Assembly: GCA_964535655.1 (NCBI GenBank)
Contig: CAZHTP010000004.1
Location: 11,108 to 75,107 of the forward strand
Source of the DNA: an uncultured Gammaproteobacteria bacterium
GTDB lineage: Bacteria > Patescibacteriota > Microgenomatia > JALYQM01
Length of the DNA stretch: 64,000 bases
Direction of reading: 5' to 3'
A model generated the notes under the pieces. That model searched no databases and was not told the DNA's origin. It was given only the letters and a program-made list of their open reading frames with translations. Of the stretch, positions 54,666-64,000 are shown piece by piece; within the stretch, counting starts at the first letter, position 1, and each line of letters opens with the position of its first letter. Position numbers and translations under genes: made by a program.

Positions 54666-55409
54666 ATGCTCAAAATTACTGATTTGCAAGTAGAAACTGA
54701 AAAGAAACAAATTCTAAAAGGTTTGAATTTAACTGTTAATTCAGGAAAAATTCATGCCATTATGGGTCCAAATGGCTCAGGAAAATCAACGCTCGCTTAT
54801 GCTCTAGCTGGACATCCTCGGTACCACGTAACTGGTGGGGGTGTAGAATTTTTTGGTGAAGATTTACTGATGATGTCTGTTGACGAGCGTGCTAAGAAAG
54901 GATTGTTTTTAAGTTTTCAATATCCCCAAGAAGTTGCTGGTGTTCCGGTCGAACAATTTTTGCGCATGGCGCAAAGAGAGATTGCGCGATCTAAAGACGA
55001 AAAGCCGCTTTCTGTGCTGAAATTTAAATTGCTTTTAGATGAAGAAATTAGAAAACTGGGTATGAAGGAAGGAATGCAGAAACGTAATTTAAACGAGGGA
55101 TTTTCTGGTGGTGAAAAAAAGCGAAATGAGATTTTACAGATGGCAGTGTTACAGCCTAAACTTGTTGTTTTAGACGAAGTTGATTCTGGTTTAGATGTGG
55201 ATGCTTTGAAGCATGTTGCATATAGGGTAAAAGAATACGTACAGAAACATGCTGATGTATCTGTTCTTGTGATTACACATTATATGCGGATCTTAAAATA
55301 TTTGGAGCCAGATGTTGTATCTATTGTTTATGATGGTACAGTGATTAAGGAAGGCGATAAAGACCTTTCGGAATATATTGAAGAAAAAGGGTATGAAGGG
55401 ATACTTTGA
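54666..55409 (+). CDS. sufC: Fe-S cluster assembly ATPase
   Basis: MGPNGSGKSTL, FQYP, NEGFSGGEKKRNE, LDEVDSGLD motifs. Confidence 0.96.
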   Translation: MLKITDLQVETEKKQILKGLNLTVNSGKIHAIMGPNGSGKSTLAYALAGHPRYHVTGGGVEFFGEDLLMMSVDERAKKGLFLSFQYPQEVAGVPVEQFLRMAQREIARSKDEKPLSVLKFKLLLDEEIRKLGMKEGMQKRNLNEGFSGGEKKRNEILQMAVLQPKLVVLDEVDSGLDVDALKHVAYRVKEYVQKHADVSVLVITHYMRILKYLEPDVVSIVYDGTVIKEGDKDLSEYIEEKGYEGIL

Positions 55410-55828
55410 TGGAAGAACAATTACCAGGGAAAGGCTCAATAGCGATTGTTCACTCAAGTAATGAGGAAGGTCGGCGGATTGAGGGGGCCACTGTTTTGAA
55501 ATGGAAGGCTACGATTTTTAAAGCATTGAATGAAGTTGAAGGAAGTGCTGATAAAACTGAAGCTTTGCGAGTGCATGCTGGGAATATATTGTATGATGTG
55601 TTGTATTATGGAAACTTCGCTTTGGTAGGTTCTAATCGCCGGGTAGGGTCGATTAGATTCTTAGGGGCGGGTGATAAGGATGTGGTGGTTCCTGTGAATG
55701 AAGAATTGTTGCGTTCGTTGTTCCTTGCTGAACCTGATATACAAAGTGAAAGCGATGATAGAGAACTTGCGCTATATCGTGAAGAACTGCTTGATCCATC
55801 GAAAGAAGCAGTAGAGATAGTTTTATAA
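55409..55828 (+). CDS. Hypothetical protein inside the suf operon
   Basis: ATG overlaps sufC stop (TGATG); stop 3 nt before sufB. Confidence 0.65.
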   Translation: MEEQLPGKGSIAIVHSSNEEGRRIEGATVLKWKATIFKALNEVEGSADKTEALRVHAGNILYDVLYYGNFALVGSNRRVGSIRFLGAGDKDVVVPVNEELLRSLFLAEPDIQSESDDRELALYREELLDPSKEAVEIVL

Positions 55829-55831
55829 TCT

Positions 55832-57229
55832 ATGTCTGATTTAAGCCCTGTTGGGCAATACCAGTACGGTTTTTTTGAAAGTGACGAAAACTATTCGGTT
55901 AAGTTGCCTAAAGGTTTGTCGCGTGAAGTTGTTGAGGCTATTTCTCGATACAAAAAAGAGCCTGACTGGATGCTGCAATTGCGACTTAAAGCCTATGAAA
56001 TATTTTTAAGTAAAAAAATGCCAAATTGGGGTGGTGATCTTTCGCAGATAGATTTTCAGGATATTCATTATTTCTTGCGCGCTTCAGACAAAGCGGAACG
56101 GAAATGGGAAGATGTCCCTGATGATATTAAGCGAACCTTCGATAAGATTGGTATCCCAGAGGCTGAGAAAAAGTTTCTTGCAGGTGTATCGTCGCAATAT
56201 GATTCGGAAGTTGTGTACCATAATTTAAAGGGCGCCTGGGAAGATAAGGGAGTTATCTTTACGGATACCGATACTGCTGTTCGAGAATATCCAGAAATTA
56301 TGAAAAAGTATTTTGGAACGTTGATTCCCCCTGGTGATAACAAATTTGCAGCGCTTAATACTGCTGTGTGGAGTGGTGGCTCTTTTATTTATGTACCTAA
56401 AGGGGTTCATGTTCAAATACCATTGCAAGCATATTTTAGAATTAATGCAGCTAATGCAGGTCAATTTGAGCGAACGTTGATTATTGCGGATGAGGGCTCA
56501 TTTGTTCATTATGTAGAAGGTTGTTCTGCACCAATTTATACTACGGATTCGCTTCATTCCGCTGTTGTTGAGATTGTCTGTTTGGCTGGTTCACGAGTAC
56601 GGTATACGACAATCCAAAATTGGTCGAATAATGTATACAATTTGGTCACTAAGCGAGCTTTTGTGTATCGTGATGCGACGATGGAATGGGTGGATGGAAA
56701 TATTGGTTCGAAATTAACAATGAAATATCCGTCCGTGTTTTTAAAAGAAGAAGGTGCTCGTGGCGAAGTGCTATCTCTGGCGTTTGCTGGAAGGGGGCAG
56801 CATCAGGATGCGGGCGGCAAGGCTGTACATTTAGCGTCGAATACTACATCGCTTATTACCTCAAAATCTATTTCCATGCGGGGTGGGCGAACATCGTATC
56901 GAGGTCTTTTACGGATTGCGAAAAACGCGAAGAATTGTAAGTCTACCGTTAAGTGTGATGCGTTGTTAATGGACGATATTTCAGCGTCGGATACATATCC
57001 AGATATGAAGATTGAAGAACAGGATGTAACTATTGGGCATGAGGCTTCGGTCGGAAAAATTGGTGAAGAACAACTGTTTTATTTAATGTCGCGAGGCTTA
57101 ACGGAAGATCAGGCAGCGGCTATGATAGTGCAAGGATTCGTAGAGCCAATAATACGAGAATTACCGATGGAATATGCGGTAGAGATGAATCGTTTAATTC
57201 AGCTTGATATGACTGGCTCGGTTGGTTGA
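55832..57229 (+). CDS. sufB: Fe-S cluster assembly scaffold
   Basis: [41 protein letters not shown] motifs. Confidence 0.96.
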   Translation: MSDLSPVGQYQYGFFESDENYSVKLPKGLSREVVEAISRYKKEPDWMLQLRLKAYEIFLSKKMPNWGGDLSQIDFQDIHYFLRASDKAERKWEDVPDDIKRTFDKIGIPEAEKKFLAGVSSQYDSEVVYHNLKGAWEDKGVIFTDTDTAVREYPEIMKKYFGTLIPPGDNKFAALNTAVWSGGSFIYVPKGVHVQIPLQAYFRINAANAGQFERTLIIADEGSFVHYVEGCSAPIYTTDSLHSAVVEIVCLAGSRVRYTTIQNWSNNVYNLVTKRAFVYRDATMEWVDGNIGSKLTMKYPSVFLKEEGARGEVLSLAFAGRGQHQDAGGKAVHLASNTTSLITSKSISMRGGRTSYRGLLRIAKNAKNCKSTVKCDALLMDDISASDTYPDMKIEEQDVTIGHEASVGKIGEEQLFYLMSRGLTEDQAAAMIVQGFVEPIIRELPMEYAVEMNRLIQLDMTGSVG

Positions 57230-57288
57230 TCCTTGGCTCCAATGTTATTTCTTGACAACAATTTTCCAATAGCTTACGCTAAAACAAG

Positions 57289-58428
57289 ATGGATAAGAAA
57301 CACCTACTTATTGTTTTGTTTGCACTAGTTTTTACTTCGATAGTTGCTATTGGCCTTCGTGTGCCGTTTCTAAACATTGCTTCATTTTTTAGAACTGATA
57401 GCAGTGATGCGCAGCAGGCTTGCTTTGTTCATACTTTTTCTATTACTAGCCAACCTGTCGGGCATATCTTTTCGCAGGAATGCGTGCGCGATGGCGGACA
57501 AATTTATTCTAATGATCAACGATTTACATTTTATGATGTAGGTGGCGGAGTTTTACCTCGTGGATTTACCTACGTTAAAACGGACGATGTAGCTGCTAAA
57601 AATGACCCAAACCTGCACTGGTCAATTACTTTGCAACAAGATTCGACCATTTATGTTTATTTTCGACGTAAAATTGCTGTTACTCAACCCCCATCTTGGA
57701 TTAATGATACTTTTACTAGCAATACTGCCCAAACCCCCATTGATATTCTTTCGTTGAATCATTACTTGTTGCGCAAGAGTACCACTAATCCAAAAGTTGG
57801 TGCTTATGATGCGTATTTTGCCCAGCGTTCTGCAGGAAGTGTTATTAATTTTGGACCAGCGTATGATGCTAATTCAAAAGCGCTTTCGATGTACATAGTT
57901 GCTGTATTGCCTGATATTATTACATCTGCTCCAACGGCCTCTCCCGTTCCAACCAATAGTAGGACAGCTGCTCCTTCACAAACTGCTACGGCAACTCAAA
58001 GCCCTGTGCCAAGTTCAACAATAACTGTTACCCGAAGCCCTGCCCCAACAGCCACTCCTGCTCCTACTGGGGATAACGCTTCACCTGGTACAACTGCTGT
58101 ACCTAATGCGCGGGAAACATCGGTATATTTGCAGACACAAAATGGTTCTGGTCAGAGCGGATATGCAATTATTACCGAAATGAGTGCAACTCAAACTCGT
58201 GTGTCTCTTAGTTTGTTTGGTGGAAATTATACCAATCAACCAGCACATATTCATTCTGGGACCTGTGCAAATCCAGGTGGTGTAATTTATCCATTAAATA
58301 ATGTAACTGGTACGTCAATTACCTACTTAAATGTTCCCTATGCTACTGTGGTGGGGAATTTGGGTATCGTTAATATTCATAAATCTGTTGCTGAGTCTGC
58401 TGTATACACCGCCTGCGGGGCGAAGTAA
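57289..58428 (+). CDS. Exported protein with Ser/Thr/Pro linker and His/Cys CHRD/CuZnSOD-like C-terminal domain
   Basis: N-terminal TM; linker; QPAHIHSGTC...NIHKS...YTACG. Confidence 0.6.
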   Translation: MDKKHLLIVLFALVFTSIVAIGLRVPFLNIASFFRTDSSDAQQACFVHTFSITSQPVGHIFSQECVRDGGQIYSNDQRFTFYDVGGGVLPRGFTYVKTDDVAAKNDPNLHWSITLQQDSTIYVYFRRKIAVTQPPSWINDTFTSNTAQTPIDILSLNHYLLRKSTTNPKVGAYDAYFAQRSAGSVINFGPAYDANSKALSMYIVAVLPDIITSAPTASPVPTNSRTAAPSQTATATQSPVPSSTITVTRSPAPTATPAPTGDNASPGTTAVPNARETSVYLQTQNGSGQSGYAIITEMSATQTRVSLSLFGGNYTNQPAHIHSGTCANPGGVIYPLNNVTGTSITYLNVPYATVVGNLGIVNIHKSVAESAVYTACGAK

Positions 58429-58525
58429 ACATTTTTTCTGATACTTTATTGCTAATGAAGATATTGACAGTGATGAGGTGGTATAATCGAGATATATAAC
58501 TTTATTCCCTGAGGAGGGTTTGGAC

Positions 58526-59203
58526 ATGCACACGATACTTGAGCCAAAAATATTTAGCGAAAATTTAATGAAGATGGATGGGATTAGCGCGAAAACACAA
58601 GAAGAGCATATAAAACTCTATCATGGATATGTAAAAAAATATAACGAATTAATGGATAAAATTGAGGCATTGACTGATGAAGATTATGCGAATGCTAATC
58701 AAATTTATTCGCAGTTGCGTTCATTAAAAACAGATCTCACTTTTGCAATTAGTGGAGTTAAAAATCATGAGATTTACTTTGGCCATCTTGGTGGTTACGG
58801 GGGACGACCAGAAGGTAAGTTACTTGAAATGATCAGTAATTGTTTTGGATCATATGAAAAGTGGGAACAAGATTTAAAGGCAACGGCAATTGCTGCACGT
58901 GGTTGGGTTTGGCTTGCATGGGATCATGATTTAAAACACTTATTTAATTACCTTGGTGATGCGCAAAATACGTTTCCCGTATGGAATGCAACACCGATAT
59001 TTGCACTCGACACCTACGAACATGCCTACTTTATTGACTACGGCGCAGCTCGCGCAAAATACATTGAAGCATTCTTAAAAAATCTTGACTGGAAAGCAGT
59101 TGAGAAAAATTGGGAGATGGCTGTTGAGTGTGGATGTGAAGATGGACAAGAAGGATGCGCTCGCGGTGGAGATTGTGGATGCGGTGGACAATGCGGCCAT
59201 TAA
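58526..59203 (+). CDS. sod: Fe/Mn superoxide dismutase with Cys/Gly-rich tail
   Basis: EH..LY.GYV, NHEIYF, GWVWL, DTYEHAYFIDY motifs. Confidence 0.9.
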   Translation: MHTILEPKIFSENLMKMDGISAKTQEEHIKLYHGYVKKYNELMDKIEALTDEDYANANQIYSQLRSLKTDLTFAISGVKNHEIYFGHLGGYGGRPEGKLLEMISNCFGSYEKWEQDLKATAIAARGWVWLAWDHDLKHLFNYLGDAQNTFPVWNATPIFALDTYEHAYFIDYGAARAKYIEAFLKNLDWKAVEKNWEMAVECGCEDGQEGCARGGDCGCGGQCGH

Positions 59204-59262
59204 TAGTGTATTATAAAAATATGATTGATCGACTACTTCGGCTTATTGTAGTAGATTACCCT

Positions 59263-59293
59263 AAAGGGACAGCTTAATGCTGTCCCTTTTTTT
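59263..59293 (+). terminator. Intrinsic terminator
   Basis: AAAGGGACAGC-ttaat-GCTGTCCCTTT plus T run. Confidence 0.85.
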
Positions 59294-59325
59294 ATGGTTA
59301 TTTTTATTATTTTAGGAGGTATCAC

Positions 59326-59469
59326 ATGGGTAGCGCTGATTATGATCTACTTTTACAAGAGATCGTTCGAGATAATAAAAGAGTAGGACTTGATCAAAGT
59401 GGTTATACTTTTACTCAAACTGAGGATGAATCTCCATTGGTGTTTGCCTATCAGGAAGAGGAGGAATAA
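59326..59469 (+). CDS. Unannotated 47-aa acidic small protein
   Basis: AGGAGGT SD 5 nt upstream; MGSADYDLLLQEIVRDNKRVGLDQSGYTFTQTEDESPLVFAYQEEEE. Confidence 0.6.
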   Translation: MGSADYDLLLQEIVRDNKRVGLDQSGYTFTQTEDESPLVFAYQEEEE

Positions 59470-59473
59470 TCTA

Positions 59474-60492
59474 TTACAGATTATTTAAGCAATATCCTTT
59501 GCCTTTGCAAGCGGTAATGCAGTCGCGTTTTACGCCGAGTGAAACCAGTTTTGTTCTAAGCCGTTGAAGATTTTTATTGATCGCCCAGATGGAAAATTCA
59601 TTTTCTTCTTTCCATATGATATCTCCTAATTGATCGTAGGTTACTACTTTATTTTCGTTGTCTATTAGTAGTGAAAGTATTAGTTGTTGAATACTAGTAA
59701 GTCGTGCTGAGATTGGCTTATTGTTTAAGTAGATGAGATCAGTTCTTTTTTAAGCTGTTTTTCAAAATATAGCCCGAGGCTTGCCATATATTCTGCTGAT
59801 TCAGTTATGAGTTGGTTTGATTGTCTTTTGAGTGGAGATATTGTGGGGTGAAATGTTGGAAATATTTTTATGTCAACTAGGCGTTGAATGAGAAAATCCG
59901 CAATGCTTTCAATGCCTTCCCAAGGGATATTTAGTTTTTTTTGTTCTGAGTATAATAGCCCTTGAATGATTGCTTCACCAATATTTGCGATAGTCATATC
60001 TTTTCGGATATAACAATTGAATTTTTTCTTTTCTATAGGGTCTATTTTTTCAAAAGATGTTTTTGTACCAAATGAAGTGATTCTTACCTCGATTTCCGTA
60101 ATATTACTTACATGTTGAGGAAGTACTTCGTATACAAATTTCCAAAAAGGTTTCTCTGCTTTTTCCCAATTTTTTTTGAAGGCTTGTATTTCTTTTTCGT
60201 GGAGATTTAGTTGATTGGGAAGCAATTTTTCTACTTTGCTTATGAGATGTGGAGAGTAATTTAGTGGACTAGTGTCTTTTATTTTATTTACTTCGTGCCA
60301 AAAATCTTTAACTGAGGTATATTCTAGATTAGGTAGATACACGGTAGAAGGGTTGCCTGAGATTAAGTATGGTAGTACTGCAAAGTTGTGCCGGTAATAA
60401 AAGCCATTTATGGATTGAATGGCGCTGTGTAGCACGCGGTTCGCTTCAGTTTGGCGAGTCGTGAGAAACTTGATCGGGGGAATTCTGTCCAT
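59474..60492 (-). pseudogene. Frameshifted regulator with C-terminal OmpR-type winged helix
   Basis: 255-aa ORF continues in the -1 frame at A6 (59746-59751) as LT..QQLIL.LL..NENKVVTYDQLGDIIW...WAI....RLR.KL...KGKGY. Confidence 0.75.
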
Positions 60493-60557
60493 AACTTGTC
60501 CATTACTTTTTACTATAGGGCAGTATACTATCTTTTTATTCCTATTTAAAGGTGCAT

Positions 60558-61940
60558 ATGCTTACTTTATCTGAATTAAATCTGCGGCTCCTTAGCACAG
60601 ATTATGCTGTGCGTGGGCCTATTGTAGCGCGAGCTTCAGAGCTTGAAGCTTTAGGCGCTGATGTTATTTACTGTAACATTGGGAATCCTCAAGCGTTGGG
60701 ACAGCTTCCTTTAACGTATATTCGCCAGACTCTTGCATTGCTTGAGTATCCAGAATTATTGCGTCGGTCGGAAAGTGCGGCTTTATTTCCGGTGGACATT
60801 AGGGAAAAAGCACAATTTATATTGGCTAAACATCCATTTGGAACAGGGGCTTATTCGAATAGCGCTGGTATTGGGTTTATTCGGGAGGCCGTGGCCAGTT
60901 ATATAAAGCAAAGAGATGCAATTGCCATTGATAAGGATCAAATATTTCTTACGGATGGTGCTAGTAAGGGTGTTCAGTCGGTTATTTTCTCACTACTTAG
61001 AGATGAGCAAGATGCCTTGCTTATACCTATTCCTCAATATCCGTTGTATAGTGCATCGCTACAGTTGTATGGTGGGAAGCTTGCTGGATATTATCTTGAT
61101 GAAGAACATGGTTGGGAGTTTGATGAAGCTACACTTAATGAAAGTTTGGAAAAAGCGAAAAAAGAAGGTTTAACGGTTAAAGGAATTGTTGTGATTAATC
61201 CAGGAAATCCTACTGGATCAGTGCTTTCTTATGACACGATTCGAATGGTTATTGCATTTGCTAAAAAGCATAATTTAGTTATATTAGCTGACGAAGTATA
61301 CCAGGAGAATATTTATCAGGAAGGGCTTTCTTTTGTTTCTTTTGCAAAGGTTATGCACGATTTAAATGAGACAACAGTCTCATTGTTTAGCTTTCATTCT
61401 GTTTCGAAAGGGTATTTAGGGGAATGTGGTCACAGAGGCGGGTATATGGAGATGCGCAATATACCGCCTGAAGTGTTGGCCGCATTTGAAAAATTGCAAT
61501 CGATTTCGCTTTGTTCTAATATTTCTGGTCAGTTAGTAACCTATCTTATGGTTACTCCACCTCAAAAAGGTGATGCAAGTTATGAATTATATATCCAAGA
61601 AAAAGGGCAGATTCTTACTTCATTGCATACGCGAGCTATCCTTCTTGCTCGGGGATTGAATGCTATTTCTGGTGTATCGGTTGAGGTTCCACCTGGTGCT
61701 ATGTATGCATTTGTTCGAGTTGAAATTCCAGGAGATTTAGGGAGTGAAGCGGAGCGGAATAATGCGTATTGTTTACGGCTTTTGGAGGAAACAGGTATTT
61801 GTGTTGTCCCAGGTTCGGGGTTTGGGCAGCAGCCAGGAACGTATCACTTTCGAACGACCTTTTTGCCTCCAGAAGAACAGATTCTTCGTTTTATAGAACG
61901 ATTTAAAACTTTTCATGAACGATATATATTAATTCATTAA
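60558..61940 (+). CDS. Alanine aminotransferase (class I/II PLP, eukaryote-like GPT subfamily)
   Basis: YAVRG, CNIGNPQALGQ, LTDGAS, INPGNPTG, ADEVYQEN, SVSKG..GECG.RGG, VPGSGFGQ..GT.HFRTT.LP. Confidence 0.88.
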   Translation: MLTLSELNLRLLSTDYAVRGPIVARASELEALGADVIYCNIGNPQALGQLPLTYIRQTLALLEYPELLRRSESAALFPVDIREKAQFILAKHPFGTGAYSNSAGIGFIREAVASYIKQRDAIAIDKDQIFLTDGASKGVQSVIFSLLRDEQDALLIPIPQYPLYSASLQLYGGKLAGYYLDEEHGWEFDEATLNESLEKAKKEGLTVKGIVVINPGNPTGSVLSYDTIRMVIAFAKKHNLVILADEVYQENIYQEGLSFVSFAKVMHDLNETTVSLFSFHSVSKGYLGECGHRGGYMEMRNIPPEVLAAFEKLQSISLCSNISGQLVTYLMVTPPQKGDASYELYIQEKGQILTSLHTRAILLARGLNAISGVSVEVPPGAMYAFVRVEIPGDLGSEAERNNAYCLRLLEETGICVVPGSGFGQQPGTYHFRTTFLPPEEQILRFIERFKTFHERYILIH

Positions 61941-61959
61941 CTACTATTTAAGGAGATTT

Positions 61960-62202
61960 ATGAGTACTTTACCTGAAACTAGTATTTTTACAGGTGCGTT
62001 TTTAATTGAAAATGGTGAACGAAAGCCAATTTTTAGAAATGCTCAGTTTGAATACTTCCAATATAATGCACAAGGTCCGTTACTTGTGACCGGTGGATTG
62101 GGGGTGGAAGATTCTCGAACAGGGCATGCCAGCGAAAGATTTTTAGGCTCATTGCCTCCAAGTGTTGATCTTGTTCGCCGCAAGGTGATTGATGAGAGTT
62201 GA
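61960..62202 (+). CDS. Hypothetical protein
   Basis: 80-aa ORF with AAGGAG SD. Confidence 0.55.
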   Translation: MSTLPETSIFTGAFLIENGERKPIFRNAQFEYFQYNAQGPLLVTGGLGVEDSRTGHASERFLGSLPPSVDLVRRKVIDES

Positions 62203-62235
62203 CCTTTTTTTTGGGTGGTTTGATATAATGATTTC

Positions 62236-63387
62236 ATGACTAAAAAGCTTAAAGTGGCTGTTGGCATGTCTGGTGGGGTTGATTCAGGGGTTTCGGCAAA
62301 ACTTTTGGTTGATGCTGGGTATGAAGTTTGCGGGGTTCACCTTCATTTTTGGGCTGAGCATGACCCTTATTTATCTCGGGAGAACAAGTGTTGTTCGACT
62401 GAGAGTTTGATGGCAGCGCGGAAAACCTGTGACATGCTAGGGATTCCTTTTTATACTTTTAATTTTGAAGATATTTTTAAGGAAACGGTAGTTGAATATT
62501 TTCTTGAAGAGTTTAAAGCTCTGCGGACTCCTAATCCGTGTGTTGTTTGTAACCGAAAAATTAAAACTGGGCGCTTGGTCAAATACGTTCAAGGTCTTGG
62601 ATTTGATATGCTTGCAACGGGGCATTACATAAATGTTGCACAAAAGAGTAGTGATGATTACGAGGTTTTAGCATTTGATGATATCGCAAAACGAGCTCAA
62701 ATTTTAGCTGATTTTCCTAACCACCAAGATTTGTTTTTGAAGATGGGGAATGATGACAAAAAGGATCAATCGTACTTTTTGTATACAATGAAGCAAGAAG
62801 ATTTAGTGAGACTAGTGTTTCCTTTAGGGAAAATGGTTAAAGATGATGTGCGTAAGTTGGCTGTAGAGTGGAACTTACCTGTAGCAACTTCAAAAGAGAG
62901 TTTTGATATCTGCTTTATTCCAGGCGACAATTACCGTGACTTTTTACAACGCCATATGCCGGAGTGGATTATACCGGGTGATGTTGTAACTGTTGAAGGC
63001 GAAACTATTGGAAAACATACTGGGCTTCCATTCTATGCAATTGGACAGCGACGAGGGTTTACGACAAATAAAGTCGTACCTTATTACGTAGTTGGTTTTG
63101 ATAAAGATGCTAACCAACTGATTGTTGGTAAAAGTGGACAAACTGATAAAGCTTCGTTTACCGTACATTCTTCTACTTTTGCCAGTGATGCGTGGGGTGA
63201 GGAATTAGATTGTCAGGTGCGACTGCGGCATATGGGTGGATTTACTGAGGGGAAAGTGATGAAAGATGGCGACAATGTGAAGGTTGAACTTTCTGCAGCA
63301 CAGCGAGGAATTACTCCGGGGCAAAGCGCAGTCTTTTACCAGGACCGTGTGCTTTTGGGTGGTGGTGTGATAGATCGGGTCTTGTGA
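62236..63387 (+). CDS. mnmA: tRNA 2-thiouridine(34) synthase
   Basis: MSGGVDS, TPNPCV.CN, ATGHY, KDQSYFL, ICF, GQRRG, TPGQSAVFY motifs. Confidence 0.96.
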   Translation: MTKKLKVAVGMSGGVDSGVSAKLLVDAGYEVCGVHLHFWAEHDPYLSRENKCCSTESLMAARKTCDMLGIPFYTFNFEDIFKETVVEYFLEEFKALRTPNPCVVCNRKIKTGRLVKYVQGLGFDMLATGHYINVAQKSSDDYEVLAFDDIAKRAQILADFPNHQDLFLKMGNDDKKDQSYFLYTMKQEDLVRLVFPLGKMVKDDVRKLAVEWNLPVATSKESFDICFIPGDNYRDFLQRHMPEWIIPGDVVTVEGETIGKHTGLPFYAIGQRRGFTTNKVVPYYVVGFDKDANQLIVGKSGQTDKASFTVHSSTFASDAWGEELDCQVRLRHMGGFTEGKVMKDGDNVKVELSAAQRGITPGQSAVFYQDRVLLGGGVIDRVL

Positions 63388-63439
63388 TTTCTAGGAATAT
63401 CCTATAGTAAATTGTTTCCTTTTTTGATATACTTTGACG

Positions 63440-64000
63440 ATGAATGAAGGTGGATTAATTGCTTCGGGCCCAGAAACTTTGCATCGCACGGAGGGGGAGA
63501 TCCTTAGAGCTGACGCGCTTCGACGGATAACAATGTTTGACTTTGAATCAAAGTTAGTCCCTCGTCGTAGTGTCGCACTTTCGTAGGACTGATGTTTATG
63601 AAATCATGTCGGGTGAAGCAGAGCTCAATACCGAGATTGATAATCTGATATTATCAGCGCAGAGAGAATGGGCTTTAGAAAACCTTGTACGTGAAGTGGC
63701 CGAAGAGACAGGTATTTGTAGAATTCCTGATTCTATCTTGGATTTATCTGCTAATTTCTTGGGCTTTGTTCCTGGATATTCGCCAAACTTACTTGATAGG
63801 GTTGTAGGAGATAAACTTCAACTTCCTTTTGTCTTTAAATATAAGCTTAACAGTTTGCCAAAAATTGATGAGCGTGAAGAACACGATGAAAGTGTCTGGT
63901 TGAGATGGCCTCTGTTTGGTTTTGAGCGACCTAAAAAAGTTGCAGAAATTAGGCCGCTTTTAACTTCTATTTTGGATGGTGAGCTTGTCGTTACTTGTGA
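63440..64000 (+). pseudogene. Nudix-like gene, frame-broken, running off the window end
   Basis: ATG 63440 frame stops at 63584-63586; the +1 frame is open from 63558 to the end and contains LVREVAEETG. Confidence 0.5.

Noticed and set aside
1-64000. CRISPR arrays, tRNA/rRNA genes, prophage, reverse transcriptase or anti-phage defence genes
   Set aside because: No repeat-spacer periodicity, cloverleaf or diagnostic motifs noticed by eye; the ThiF gene lacks neighbouring E2/JAB/CD-NTase partners, so a CBASS-like reading was rejected

Overview
A 64 kb, AT-rich, gene-dense bacterial window whose gene content and pervasive leaderless gene starts suggest a Patescibacteria/CPR (probably Microgenomates-like) genome; this is an inference, as no marker gene phylogeny was run. 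Housekeeping and envelope genes are present (dus, trpS, proS, mnmA, sufC/sufB, sod, gmd, fni, glycosyltransferases, P-type ATPase), plus one intact IS481-like element and three frameshifted or decayed genes. The most striking region is a ~12 kb island (about 31.9-44.3 kb) that looks like a self-contained small-molecule make/export/sense system. It encodes two paralogous LuxI/FeeM-like acyltransferase domains (one fused to an HTH), a ThiF/E1-like enzyme, a pyruvoyl arginine decarboxylase, a PRMT-like methyltransferase, a GNAT, a pair of SMR-like 4-TM proteins, two GAF histidine kinases and a stand-alone multi-TM receptor-like protein. The window is also rich in unannotated cis-regulatory RNA: a minimal cobalamin riboswitch before an unknown gene, a Pro T-box with an ultra-short stem I, and up to four leader-peptide/terminator units. 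All family assignments come from motif recognition by eye.
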